Assembly: GCA_938017985.1 (NCBI GenBank) | Contig: CALIKS010000007.1 | Coordinates: 28,694 to 52,693 of the forward strand | Length of the DNA: 24,000 nucleotides | Direction of reading: 5' to 3' | Source: an uncultured archaeon | Lineage (GTDB): Archaea > Thermoproteota > Nitrososphaeria_A > Caldarchaeales > Calditenuaceae | Shown here: positions 1 to 7,516 of the stretch, piece by piece | How positions within the stretch are numbered: the first letter of the stretch is position 1 | Layout: each line of letters opens with the position of its first letter | Program-made: the position numbers and the translations under genes | Notes under the pieces: generated by a model | What the model was told of the DNA's origin: nothing | The model's database searches: none | The model's input: the letters and a program-made list of their open reading frames with translations, nothing else

Positions 1-191
1 ATCTTAAGCCTGAATTGATTTACGCTGAGTTGGGTGAAATTATTGCTGGTAAGAAAGTTGGTAGAACATCGATGGATGAAATAACGATTATGGATTCGTC
101 AGGGCTAGGTATTCAGGATGTGGCCGCCGCACTTGTAGCATACAGGCTTGCCAGAGAAAAAAATTTAGGTACTTATATCGAATTCGCATAA
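1..191 (+). CDS. C-terminal fragment of an ornithine cyclodeaminase / mu-crystallin family protein (archaeal alanine dehydrogenase-like). The 5' end lies outside the window.
   Basis: I translated this by hand in the frame starting at nt 3: LKPELIYAELGEIIAGKKVGRTSMDEITIMDSSGLGIQDVAAALVAYRLAREKNLGTYIEFA*, with TAA at 189-191. The ...GR.S..EIT.F.S.G.G.QD.A.A..Y pattern is typical of the OCD/mu-crystallin C-terminus. The ORF is open to the window edge. Confidence 0.6.
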   Translation, partial: LKPELIYAELGEIIAGKKVGRTSMDEITIMDSSGLGIQDVAAALVAYRLAREKNLGTYIEFA

Positions 192-244
192 AATTCCCAA
201 ATGGCAGGATTTTTATTTTATATATTTCATCAACATTAGAATAT

Positions 245-1012
245 TCAATGAATAATGTTTGCTTTTTTTAATGCATTTTGTAAGGCCTCTGCAAAAGTTG
301 TTTTAGTCAGTTCTTTTGGATTTATTTCTGATATGTATGCAACTCGCTTATCATAAGGTATGTAGCCTAAAAATGGAACGTTTAATTCTCTTGCCAAATT
401 ATAAGTACCTCCAAAATCATTATCCAATACCATATTCTCAATCAATCCTATTATTTTGACGTTCATGTCAATGAAGAAGATTGCTGCTCGTTTCACAACC
501 TGTTGGGCTAATCTTGATGGTGTAGAAACCAGTATTACTCCTCTATTATTCTTGATATAATTTATTGCCGCCAATGACTCATCCCCAGTACCTGGCGGAA
601 GGTCAATTATTAGATAATCAAGAGTCCCAAAGTCTGTAATTGCTAATAATTCTTTAATGATCTCTCTTTTTGCCATCCCACTGAGTGGTAATGGTGAGTC
701 CTTCGCAAAAAACCCTATAGACATTACTTTTAAATTATTTATGGACGGTGGTACCAGTCCGTTTTTCTCTTCTTTCGGCAATTGTTTGATATCTAAAATC
801 ATTAAAGATGAAGGACCATGCATATCAAGATCCAAAAGCCCGACTCTAAATGAGTTGCCGGTAAGTATCAGTCCCATTGTAGTAGCTATCAGGCTTTTAC
901 CTACACCTCCTTTCCCACTACCCACGAAGATTGTAAATGAAATATTTCTTAGTCTTTTCCAAATAAGGAACTCTCTATAATCAATTTTATCTTGGTTGTA
1001 ACTCAATATCAA
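245..1012 (-). CDS. Mrp/MinD-family P-loop ATPase, a candidate ATPase-type HypB (nickel-insertion partner of HypA)
   Basis: It has the deviant Walker A GSGKGGVGKS and the DLPPGTGD Walker B region. The protein contains no cysteine, so it lacks the CxxC of ApbC/Nbp35 Fe-S carriers. It lies immediately downstream of hypA and overlaps it. The first codon at 1012 is TTG. A GGTGA Shine-Dalgarno (1013-1017) fits better with the in-frame TTG at 1006. Confidence 0.75.
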   Translation of the reverse strand: MILSYNQDKIDYREFLIWKRLRNISFTIFVGSGKGGVGKSLIATTMGLILTGNSFRVGLLDLDMHGPSSLMILDIKQLPKEEKNGLVPPSINNLKVMSIGFFAKDSPLPLSGMAKREIIKELLAITDFGTLDYLIIDLPPGTGDESLAAINYIKNNRGVILVSTPSRLAQQVVKRAAIFFIDMNVKIIGLIENMVLDNDFGGTYNLARELNVPFLGYIPYDKRVAYISEINPKELTKTTFAEALQNALKKANIIH

Positions 1013-1394
1013 TCACCTTTACTCCTCTACCACATAATATCTTAAGGTCTCTACTTCCACAAGAAAAGCACTTTACGTAAGATGAGAGCAGTTCAGGAAT
1101 AAAGTGAATCATTTCCCTCTCCTCATCATTTAGTGTTTTTACTAATTCCTTGAATGTATATGACTTTCCGCATGATTCACATTTTACTAATGCTTCTTCA
1201 ATTATCGTTGAGAATTTAGCATTTCTAAGTTCAGTGCCGGACAATAGTTCTTTAACAAGCTCGGCTAAGATATTTTTATCAAACATCGATAATTCACCGA
1301 TAGCTATTTTGAAACTAGTTATCTTGAATCCCTTGACTAAATATACCTCCCTCAATGAATCAACTATTCCTGATGCTACTGTAAACTCATGCAA
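987..1394 (-). CDS. hypA: [NiFe]-hydrogenase nickel-insertion metallochaperone HypA
   Basis: The N-terminal MHEF is the Met-His-Glu Ni site, and the zinc motif is CESCG...x...CFSCG. Length is 135 aa. The start codon is TTG (reverse complement of caa at 1392-1394). Confidence 0.9.
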   Translation of the reverse strand: MHEFTVASGIVDSLREVYLVKGFKITSFKIAIGELSMFDKNILAELVKELLSGTELRNAKFSTIIEEALVKCESCGKSYTFKELVKTLNDEEREMIHFIPELLSSYVKCFSCGSRDLKILCGRGVKVIDIELQPR

Positions 1395-1422
1395 TTTTAT
1401 CTATTATATTCACTTTCTTACT

Positions 1423-1432
1423 AAAATATATT
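1423..1432 (-). promoter_or_regulatory. Candidate TATA box for the hypA / Mrp-ATPase transcript
   Basis: The minus strand reads AATATATTTT about 30 nt upstream of the TTG start at 1394. The whole spacer is AT-rich, so placement is uncertain. Confidence 0.3.
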
Positions 1433-1483
1433 ATCTTATATACAATTATATTCAATTCTATACCGCATGAAAGATGCGTTAAT

Positions 1484-1491
1484 CTATAAAT
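1484..1491 (+). promoter_or_regulatory. Candidate TATA box for the hydrogenase/Qmo-like operon (leaderless first gene)
   Basis: CTATAAAT is centred about 25 nt upstream of the ATG at 1513. No Shine-Dalgarno lies between them, which matches archaeal leaderless geometry. Confidence 0.45.
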
Positions 1492-1512
1492 TGAAGCTAA
1501 TATATTTTTTAA

Positions 1513-2676
1513 ATGATACTTAAATTGAGGACGACACAAATCGCGTTAACATCGTTATTACAAAAAGAAAAAGAAGCAGAGACTGCGGATTTAATTATTA
1601 AGCTTGGAGGAGAAGGAATAAGAAAATGCTATCAATGCGGCTCCTGCACAGCCATATGTCCAATATCAGAACATTACATGATAAGTTTCAGAAAATCAAT
1701 TAAATATGCACAGCTTGGATTAAAAGAAAAATTATCAAGCGACCTTACACCGTGGCTATGTTATGCATGCGGAGAGTGTAGCAATTCTTGTCCAAGAGAC
1801 GCGAACCCAAGCGAACTAATGATGACTCTAAGGAGATACTTGACGATGATTTATGACTGGACTGGAATATCCCGTTTACTATATCTAAACAGTAAGATAT
1901 TATTGTCCGCGATTATATCATTGTCAGTTTTGACCGGTATTATTATTTATTTTTTGCATGGACCCATAATTACTGACCGAGTGGCCTTAGCCACTTTTGC
2001 ACCCGTCGAGTTGGTCGAAGCTACTGGCCGGTTAATTTTTGTCAGTTTAGCATCCATACTTTTACTAAATACATTCAGAATGTACCGTTTATCATCGAGT
2101 AGAATAAAGCTTTCATTAGGCATTTATATTAAAGAATTTTTCAAAACGTTCCTGCCTAATTTCTTAACCCAAAGATTTTTCAAATATTGTAGTGAAAAGA
2201 GGTATTGGGTAGTTCACTTATTAATATTTTATGGATATGTAGCTTCATTAATATTATTCGAAGTGTTGCTCTTCATAACACATTCAAATGACCCATTCTT
2301 ATTTATTTCGCCCCTCAGCATAATTGGATTATTCTCTGCATTTTCAATAACCTATGGAGGATTTGTTGTAATTCACGGACGTGTTAAGAAAACCAAACCA
2401 CTATGGAAATATTCGCATCCTACTGACTGGATGTTCATTATTTTATTAATCTTAATCTGCCTGACTGGACTCCTGACTGGAATATTTAGAAGCATCGGCT
2501 GGTCTATAGCTACATATATGGTTTTTTCCATCCACCTAATGATAGTTGTACCCTTCCTCATACTAGGCGTCCCATTTACAAAATGGTCTCATATTGTTTA
2601 TCGCCCCTTTGCTCTGTATTTTGGAAGGCTTAATGAAATTCGTCAATCGAAAATCCAGGAGGTAGTGAGGTTGTGA
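1513..2676 (+). CDS. QmoC-like membrane protein 1: an HdrC-like 2x[4Fe-4S] module fused to an HdrE/NarI-like cytochrome-b membrane domain
   Basis: The N-terminus carries CYQCGSCTAICP and CYACGECSNSCP. About 6 hydrophobic helices follow, with conserved His (WVVHLL, FSIHLMIVVPFLILGVPFTKWSH) and the HPTDW...GLTGLL motif. Confidence 0.75.
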   Translation: MILKLRTTQIALTSLLQKEKEAETADLIIKLGGEGIRKCYQCGSCTAICPISEHYMISFRKSIKYAQLGLKEKLSSDLTPWLCYACGECSNSCPRDANPSELMMTLRRYLTMIYDWTGISRLLYLNSKILLSAIISLSVLTGIIIYFLHGPIITDRVALATFAPVELVEATGRLIFVSLASILLLNTFRMYRLSSSRIKLSLGIYIKEFFKTFLPNFLTQRFFKYCSEKRYWVVHLLIFYGYVASLILFEVLLFITHSNDPFLFISPLSIIGLFSAFSITYGGFVVIHGRVKKTKPLWKYSHPTDWMFIILLILICLTGLLTGIFRSIGWSIATYMVFSIHLMIVVPFLILGVPFTKWSHIVYRPFALYFGRLNEIRQSKIQEVVRL

Positions 2677-3803
2677 AGGCAACACCGTACATATCGTTTA
2701 AAGATATTAACAGAGAAATAATAGAGCTGGGCGGAAAAGGTATTTTCAAATGCTATCAATGCGGAGCGTGTACTGCAACCTGTGCAATAGCCGAGGGCAT
2801 GTTCATAAGTTTTAGACGAGTTATCAAATATTCCCAGCTGGGTTTAGTTGATAAACTGCGGAGAGACCTTGTGCCTTGGTTATGCAATGTACATGGAGAT
2901 TGCATCGAGGCGTGTCCAAGAAATGCGAATCCATGCGAAATATTAGCATCTCTCAGGAGGTACCAAAGTGTACTTTACGACTGGACTGGTATATCAAGAT
3001 GGTGGTACTTTTCAACACTAAAGAAAAAACTTTTAGCAATAATTATCCTATCAGGAATATCCATTCTCGGATTGTTATCACTATTCTCAACATCAATAAT
3101 GAATTACTTATCAATGAATATTTTTGTAAATTTGCCTAACTTGTTGCCAATTGGACTATTAATTGTCTTACTTTCAATCAGTCTTTTAGTAAGTAATGGC
3201 TATAGAATGTATAAATTTGTCGGTGGTGGTAAGGAATATACCGTTAGATTCTTCGATGCGTTAAAAAGAGTATTGAGTTTCTGGATAAAAAGCGAGAATG
3301 AAGCCATGAAAATTCCTGACAAGAGAATTAGAATTCTAGAACATATGTTCATTCTTGCAGGCATTATAATGTACATATTTTTAGTCTTGTTATATTTAAT
3401 TTATCCAATAATATACTCATTGAATCCCTATAATTACGTATTGATGATTGGGAGATACATTGCCGCAATCATGCTAGTGGTTGGTGCTGGTCTTCCTTTC
3501 GTGAAACGAGTCAGCAAATCTCAGAAGATTCATTGGTATTATAAGTTATTTAGACACTCGACTGACTGGGTAGGACTTGGATTCGTCTTTGCAATTGGCT
3601 TAACGGGCTTATTAATGAATATCTTTAATGATCTGCATATATATTCCCTAACTTACGTAGTTTATGTTATACATATAGGAATCGTCTTCCCATTCCTTAT
3701 TCTTGAAGTACCTTTTGGTAAACATAATCATTGGTTGTATAAGACAATTGCTAATTATGTGAGCGCAAGAAGAGGATTGATTAGGGGTGAAATACTTGAG
3801 TAA
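2673..3803 (+). CDS. QmoC-like membrane protein 2, a paralog of the upstream gene with an altered second cluster motif
   Basis: It carries CYQCGACTATCA and CNVHGDCIEACP (His replaces the second Cys). The membrane domain has LEHMF, HSTDW...GLTGLL and YVIHIGIVFPFLILEVPFGKHNH. The GTG start overlaps the upstream TGA (GTGA), and GGAGGT lies 9 nt upstream. Confidence 0.75.
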   Translation: MKATPYISFKDINREIIELGGKGIFKCYQCGACTATCAIAEGMFISFRRVIKYSQLGLVDKLRRDLVPWLCNVHGDCIEACPRNANPCEILASLRRYQSVLYDWTGISRWWYFSTLKKKLLAIIILSGISILGLLSLFSTSIMNYLSMNIFVNLPNLLPIGLLIVLLSISLLVSNGYRMYKFVGGGKEYTVRFFDALKRVLSFWIKSENEAMKIPDKRIRILEHMFILAGIIMYIFLVLLYLIYPIIYSLNPYNYVLMIGRYIAAIMLVVGAGLPFVKRVSKSQKIHWYYKLFRHSTDWVGLGFVFAIGLTGLLMNIFNDLHIYSLTYVVYVIHIGIVFPFLILEVPFGKHNHWLYKTIANYVSARRGLIRGEILE

Positions 3804-5148
3804 ACCCGTATTAGTAATCGGTGGCGGAATCAGCGGAATTCAAGCCACAATAGACCTCGCCAAGCATGGAGTTGAGGTGTATTTAGTCGAAAGAAATCCA
3901 AGCATTGGTGGAAAGATGGCACAGCTCGATAAAACGTTTCCCACGCTTGATTGTGCGTCATGCATCTTAACACCCAAGATGGCGGAAGTTCTGAGATATA
4001 ATAACATTAAGTTATTGACCTATTCAGAAGTGCAAGAAGTAAAAGGAAATGTAGGAGACTTTACTGTAAAGATTTTGAGGAAACCACGTTATGTTGATTG
4101 GGACAAATGCACTGGATGTGGAACCTGCACGGAGAGATGTCCAGTTAAGGTTCCGGACGAGTATAATGTAAAACTTGGACAAAGAAAAGCTATTTACATC
4201 GAGTATCCGCAAGCCGTGCCGCGTAAAGCCCTAATTGACTATTCGCATTGTCTAAGGCTTAATCCGCCGCCAGATTTAAAAGAAAAAGCAAAAGGAAAGC
4301 CGCTTTGCGGAGCTTGTGAAAAAGTCTGTCCAACTAAAGCAATTGATTATAATCAACAACCAGAAATCATTGAACTCAACGTAGCTGCTATAATATTGGC
4401 TACTGGATTAGAACTTTATGACGCTAGCAATATACCTGAATACGGATATGGAAAATATCAAAACGTCTATACCAATCTAGAATTTGAGAGAATAGTGTCA
4501 TCAACAGGGCCCACCAATGGAAATATAATTAGGAGGTCTGATGGAAAACCACCAAAGAGGATAGCTTGGATACAATGCGTAGGTTCAAGAGACGTCAGAT
4601 TTAATCATTATTGCTCCGCATTTTGTTGCATGGCGGCGACTAAACAAGCGATCCTAGCAAAGGAACTCTTGCCCGAAGTGGATACAACCATTTATTATAT
4701 GGATATGAGGGCATTCGGAAAGGGATTTTATGAATTTTATAAAAGAGCTATGACAGAGTTTGGTGTAAAATATGTTAGAGGAAAAGTAGTAAAAATAACT
4801 GAAAGACAAGACAATAAAAATCTATTACTATTTTATGAAGACACAATTCACAGCTATATGAAAAAAGATGAATTTGACATGGTGGTCTTATCCGTAGCGG
4901 TTAGACCAAATAGAATTACTGCGGCTCCCGTAAAGACGGATAAGGGGGGCTTTATTCAAATTATGGATCCTTACATGGATACCGTTACATCTACTACTGA
5001 GGGAATATTCGTAATTGGTGGTGCTGCAGAGGCTAGGGATATTCCCGACTCTGTGACTATGGCTAGCTCGGCGGCAATAAAAGCATCTACAATTGCTAAA
5101 AAATGTGTAGTAGAGCAAACCATCATCACTTCTGGTGAACGAGCATGA
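3787..5148 (+). CDS. HdrA-family flavoprotein, short form (QmoA-like): FAD domain plus inserted ferredoxin domain
   Basis: Motifs present are VIGGGISGIQATIDLA, PSIGGKMAQLDKTFPTLDCASC, CTGCGTCTERCP, CGACEKVCP and CVGSRD...YCSAFCC. It lacks both the HdrA N-terminal domain and the C-terminal ferredoxin domain. The start may instead be TTG at 3796, which has GGGGTGA 5 nt upstream. Confidence 0.8.
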   Translation: MKYLSKPVLVIGGGISGIQATIDLAKHGVEVYLVERNPSIGGKMAQLDKTFPTLDCASCILTPKMAEVLRYNNIKLLTYSEVQEVKGNVGDFTVKILRKPRYVDWDKCTGCGTCTERCPVKVPDEYNVKLGQRKAIYIEYPQAVPRKALIDYSHCLRLNPPPDLKEKAKGKPLCGACEKVCPTKAIDYNQQPEIIELNVAAIILATGLELYDASNIPEYGYGKYQNVYTNLEFERIVSSTGPTNGNIIRRSDGKPPKRIAWIQCVGSRDVRFNHYCSAFCCMAATKQAILAKELLPEVDTTIYYMDMRAFGKGFYEFYKRAMTEFGVKYVRGKVVKITERQDNKNLLLFYEDTIHSYMKKDEFDMVVLSVAVRPNRITAAPVKTDKGGFIQIMDPYMDTVTSTTEGIFVIGGAAEARDIPDSVTMASSAAIKASTIAKKCVVEQTIITSGERA

Positions 5149-7091
5149 TTCAAGAACCTAGAGTGGGAGTGTTTATCTGTCACTGCGGCCATAACATCGC
5201 TGCTAAAGTGGATGTAAAACAAGTTGCTGACTATGCAAAAACTCTCCCAAACGTGATTGTAAGCCACCACTATGTATTCATGTGCTCAACGGTTGGTCAA
5301 GAATTGATAAGAGAAGAAATAAAAAAACATAATTTAAATAGAGTTGTCGTTGCTGCCTGTTCGCCATCGATGCATGAGCCTACATTTAGAACCGCAATAG
5401 AAAGTGCCGGACTAAATAAGTACCTACTTGAAATGGCAAATATTAGGGAGCATTGTTCGTGGGCTCATTCAGACAAAGAGGCAGCCACTGAGAAGGCCAA
5501 GGATTTGGTCAGGATGGCTGTTGCAAAGGCTAGTCTCCTAGAACCACTAGAGGAAGAAGAATTTCCGGTAAGTCCGACTGTCTTGGTTTTAGGCGGAGGA
5601 GTGGCAGGGATGAGGGCCGCGATCGACTTGGCGGAGTGGGGATTCAACGTATACTTAGTCGAGAAAAACCCTACTCTGGGTGGTAGGGCAGCACTAACTG
5701 GTTGGCTGACTAATAATAGGAGAGGCGCCGATGTCGTAAATAATTTAATCAATAAAATTGTAGATAATAAGAATATTCATGTATTTACGAACGCTGAGCT
5801 GGTAGAGTTTAGTGGTTTTCCAGGCAATTTTAAGGCAAAGATAAAAGTAAATCCTAGATTTGTAAACGAAAAGTGTATTTTATGTGGTGAATGTGAGATC
5901 GAATGCCCGATTGAAGTGTCAAACGAGTATCAATATGGATTGTCGAGAAGGAAGGCAATCTTTTTCCCCTTCAAGGCAGCTTATCCACCGATATATGTCA
6001 TAGATCAACGAGTATGCATTAAATGCGGAGAATGCGTTAAAGCTTGCCAGTATGGGGCCATTAATTTGGCTGAGCAGTCTTTAACGCTGGATTTAAATGT
6101 AGGGGCGATAGTTATTGCCACCGGTTATGATCCATACCATCCGCCAAAGGGAGAGTATGCGTATGGTCTGCACAATAACATAATAACTTTATTCCAGCTG
6201 GAAAGACTCTTAGACGAGGATGGACCAACTCAAGGTAAATTAATTATAGGGGGAGCAGTACCTAAAAGAATTGCCTTTATTCTCTGTGTAGGGTCAAGAA
6301 ATACTACTCCAAGTTCTAAAAATTACTGTTCAAGAATGTGCTGTACTTCTACTTTGATAAATGCAATTAAAATAAAAGAAAAATACCCCGATATAGACGT
6401 TTATGTTCTTTATCAGGATATTAATACTTATGGAAACGATGAAACCCTTTATGAACAGGCAGGCGAAAAACTGGTTAAGTTTATTAAGTTTGAGAAGCCT
6501 CCAACTGTGGACATCAGCCCTGAAGGCATAGTCATAGATGTCTATGAAACCACTATACAAGAGGAGATTAGCATTCCAGTTGACGCCCTTGTTTTATCCG
6601 TAGGTATGGTACCTAGACGAGACCAAAACGAACTAATCGCTACTACGAGGGCTAGTTGCGGAGAAGACGGGTTTATTAGAGAAGTACATCTAAAACTGAA
6701 TCCTGTAGAGGCACCAACTCACGGCATATTTCTCGCAGGAGCCGTGACTGGCCCTAAAAATATAATAGAGAGCATCAGGGCCGGAAGCGCGGCCGCCTCT
6801 AAAGTTGCGACTTTACTATCAGAAGGGAAGGTTAGAACTGAGCCCTTTACCGCAAATGTTAATGAAGAGAGATGCAGTGGCTGCAGAATCTGTGTTGGAC
6901 TATGTCCATATAAAGCCATCTCTCTTCGAGAAATTAATGACAGAATGGTGGCTTACGTTGAGAGGGCATTATGCATGGGTTGTGGTACTTGTTCAGCTGC
7001 TTGTCCATCAGGTGCTATGCAGCAGTATGGCTTTAAAGATATTCAGATCATGGCTCAGGTAGTAGCAGCAACTGGAGGTGGAATTAAGTGA
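5145..7091 (+). CDS. hdrA: HdrA-family flavoprotein, full-length form (HdrA/QmoB-like without a fused MvhD domain)
   Basis: The N-terminal HdrA domain is VGVFICHCGHNIA...VVVAACSPSMHEPTFR, followed by GGGVAGMRAAIDLA. The inserted ferredoxin carries CILCGECEIECP / CIKCGECVKACQ, and CVGSRN...YCSRMCC is present. The C-terminal ferredoxin carries CSGCRICVGLCP / CMGCGTCSAACP. There is an ATGA overlap with the upstream gene. Confidence 0.85.
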   Translation: MIQEPRVGVFICHCGHNIAAKVDVKQVADYAKTLPNVIVSHHYVFMCSTVGQELIREEIKKHNLNRVVVAACSPSMHEPTFRTAIESAGLNKYLLEMANIREHCSWAHSDKEAATEKAKDLVRMAVAKASLLEPLEEEEFPVSPTVLVLGGGVAGMRAAIDLAEWGFNVYLVEKNPTLGGRAALTGWLTNNRRGADVVNNLINKIVDNKNIHVFTNAELVEFSGFPGNFKAKIKVNPRFVNEKCILCGECEIECPIEVSNEYQYGLSRRKAIFFPFKAAYPPIYVIDQRVCIKCGECVKACQYGAINLAEQSLTLDLNVGAIVIATGYDPYHPPKGEYAYGLHNNIITLFQLERLLDEDGPTQGKLIIGGAVPKRIAFILCVGSRNTTPSSKNYCSRMCCTSTLINAIKIKEKYPDIDVYVLYQDINTYGNDETLYEQAGEKLVKFIKFEKPPTVDISPEGIVIDVYETTIQEEISIPVDALVLSVGMVPRRDQNELIATTRASCGEDGFIREVHLKLNPVEAPTHGIFLAGAVTGPKNIIESIRAGSAAASKVATLLSEGKVRTEPFTANVNEERCSGCRICVGLCPYKAISLREINDRMVAYVERALCMGCGTCSAACPSGAMQQYGFKDIQIMAQVVAATGGGIK

Positions 7092-7516
7092 GTACAAATA
7101 ATTACGAGCCTAGAATTGTCGTGTTTGCTTGTAATTGGTGTTCATATGCCGCCATAGACTTGGCTGGAACAAGTAGAAAACTGTATCCCCCTAACGTTAG
7201 GGTCATTAGAGTTATGTGTTCTGGACGTGTAGATCCACAGTTTGTTTTAGAAGCATTTAAGAATGGGGCTGACGGCGTAATTGTTGCAGGATGTCGCCCC
7301 CCATCAGACTGTCACTACATTAATGGAAACATAAAGGCACTCCGAAGATTTACTCTCTTCAAGAGGCTTTTAGAAGAGTTAGGAATAGAAAAAGAAAGAT
7401 TTAGACTTGAGTGGATCTCGGCTGCTGAGGCTGATAAATGGGTCAGAGTAGTTAATGAAATGCTTGAAGAATTAAGAAGGTTAGGCCCATTGAAGGCGGA
7501 GGCAGTTAGTGTATGA
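7088..7516 (+). CDS. mvhD: MvhD, the methyl-viologen-reducing hydrogenase delta subunit ([2Fe-2S] adaptor to HdrA)
   Basis: Motifs IVVFACNWCSYAAIDLAG, VMCSGRVDP and GADGVIVAGCRPPSDCHY are present in a 142-aa protein. The start is a GTGA overlap, with GGAGGTG 7 nt upstream. Confidence 0.9.
   Translation: MSTNNYEPRIVVFACNWCSYAAIDLAGTSRKLYPPNVRVIRVMCSGRVDPQFVLEAFKNGADGVIVAGCRPPSDCHYINGNIKALRRFTLFKRLLEELGIEKERFRLEWISAAEADKWVRVVNEMLEELRRLGPLKAEAVSV

Noticed and set aside
657-980. A 107-aa + strand ORF lies inside the Mrp/MinD ATPase gene. Many similar antisense or out-of-frame ORFs exist: 1150-1470, 2373-2561, 2876-3139, 4024-4212, 4888-5270, 5465-5752, 6330-6560, 6719-7062, 8249-8702, 8804-9163, 11446-11646, 12153-12512, 12218-12457, 12509-13450, 13576-13911, 14611-14799, 15270-15503, 16330-16518, 17027-17439, 18878-20255, 20277-20477, 21094-21360 and 22513-22716.
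   Set aside because: Each is fully embedded in, or antisense to, a longer ORF with strong family motifs. Their translations are low-complexity or Leu/Ser/Ile-rich with no recognisable motifs. They are typical shadow ORFs of AT-rich coding DNA.
1513-3803. The two Fe-S/membrane proteins read as canonical HdrC + HdrB, or as HdrE + HdrD.
   Set aside because: No CCG-type motif (HdrB/HdrD catalytic domain) occurs in any frame-consistent translation in the window. The Fe-S head and membrane domain are in one polypeptide, which is the QmoC-type fusion rather than separate Hdr subunits.
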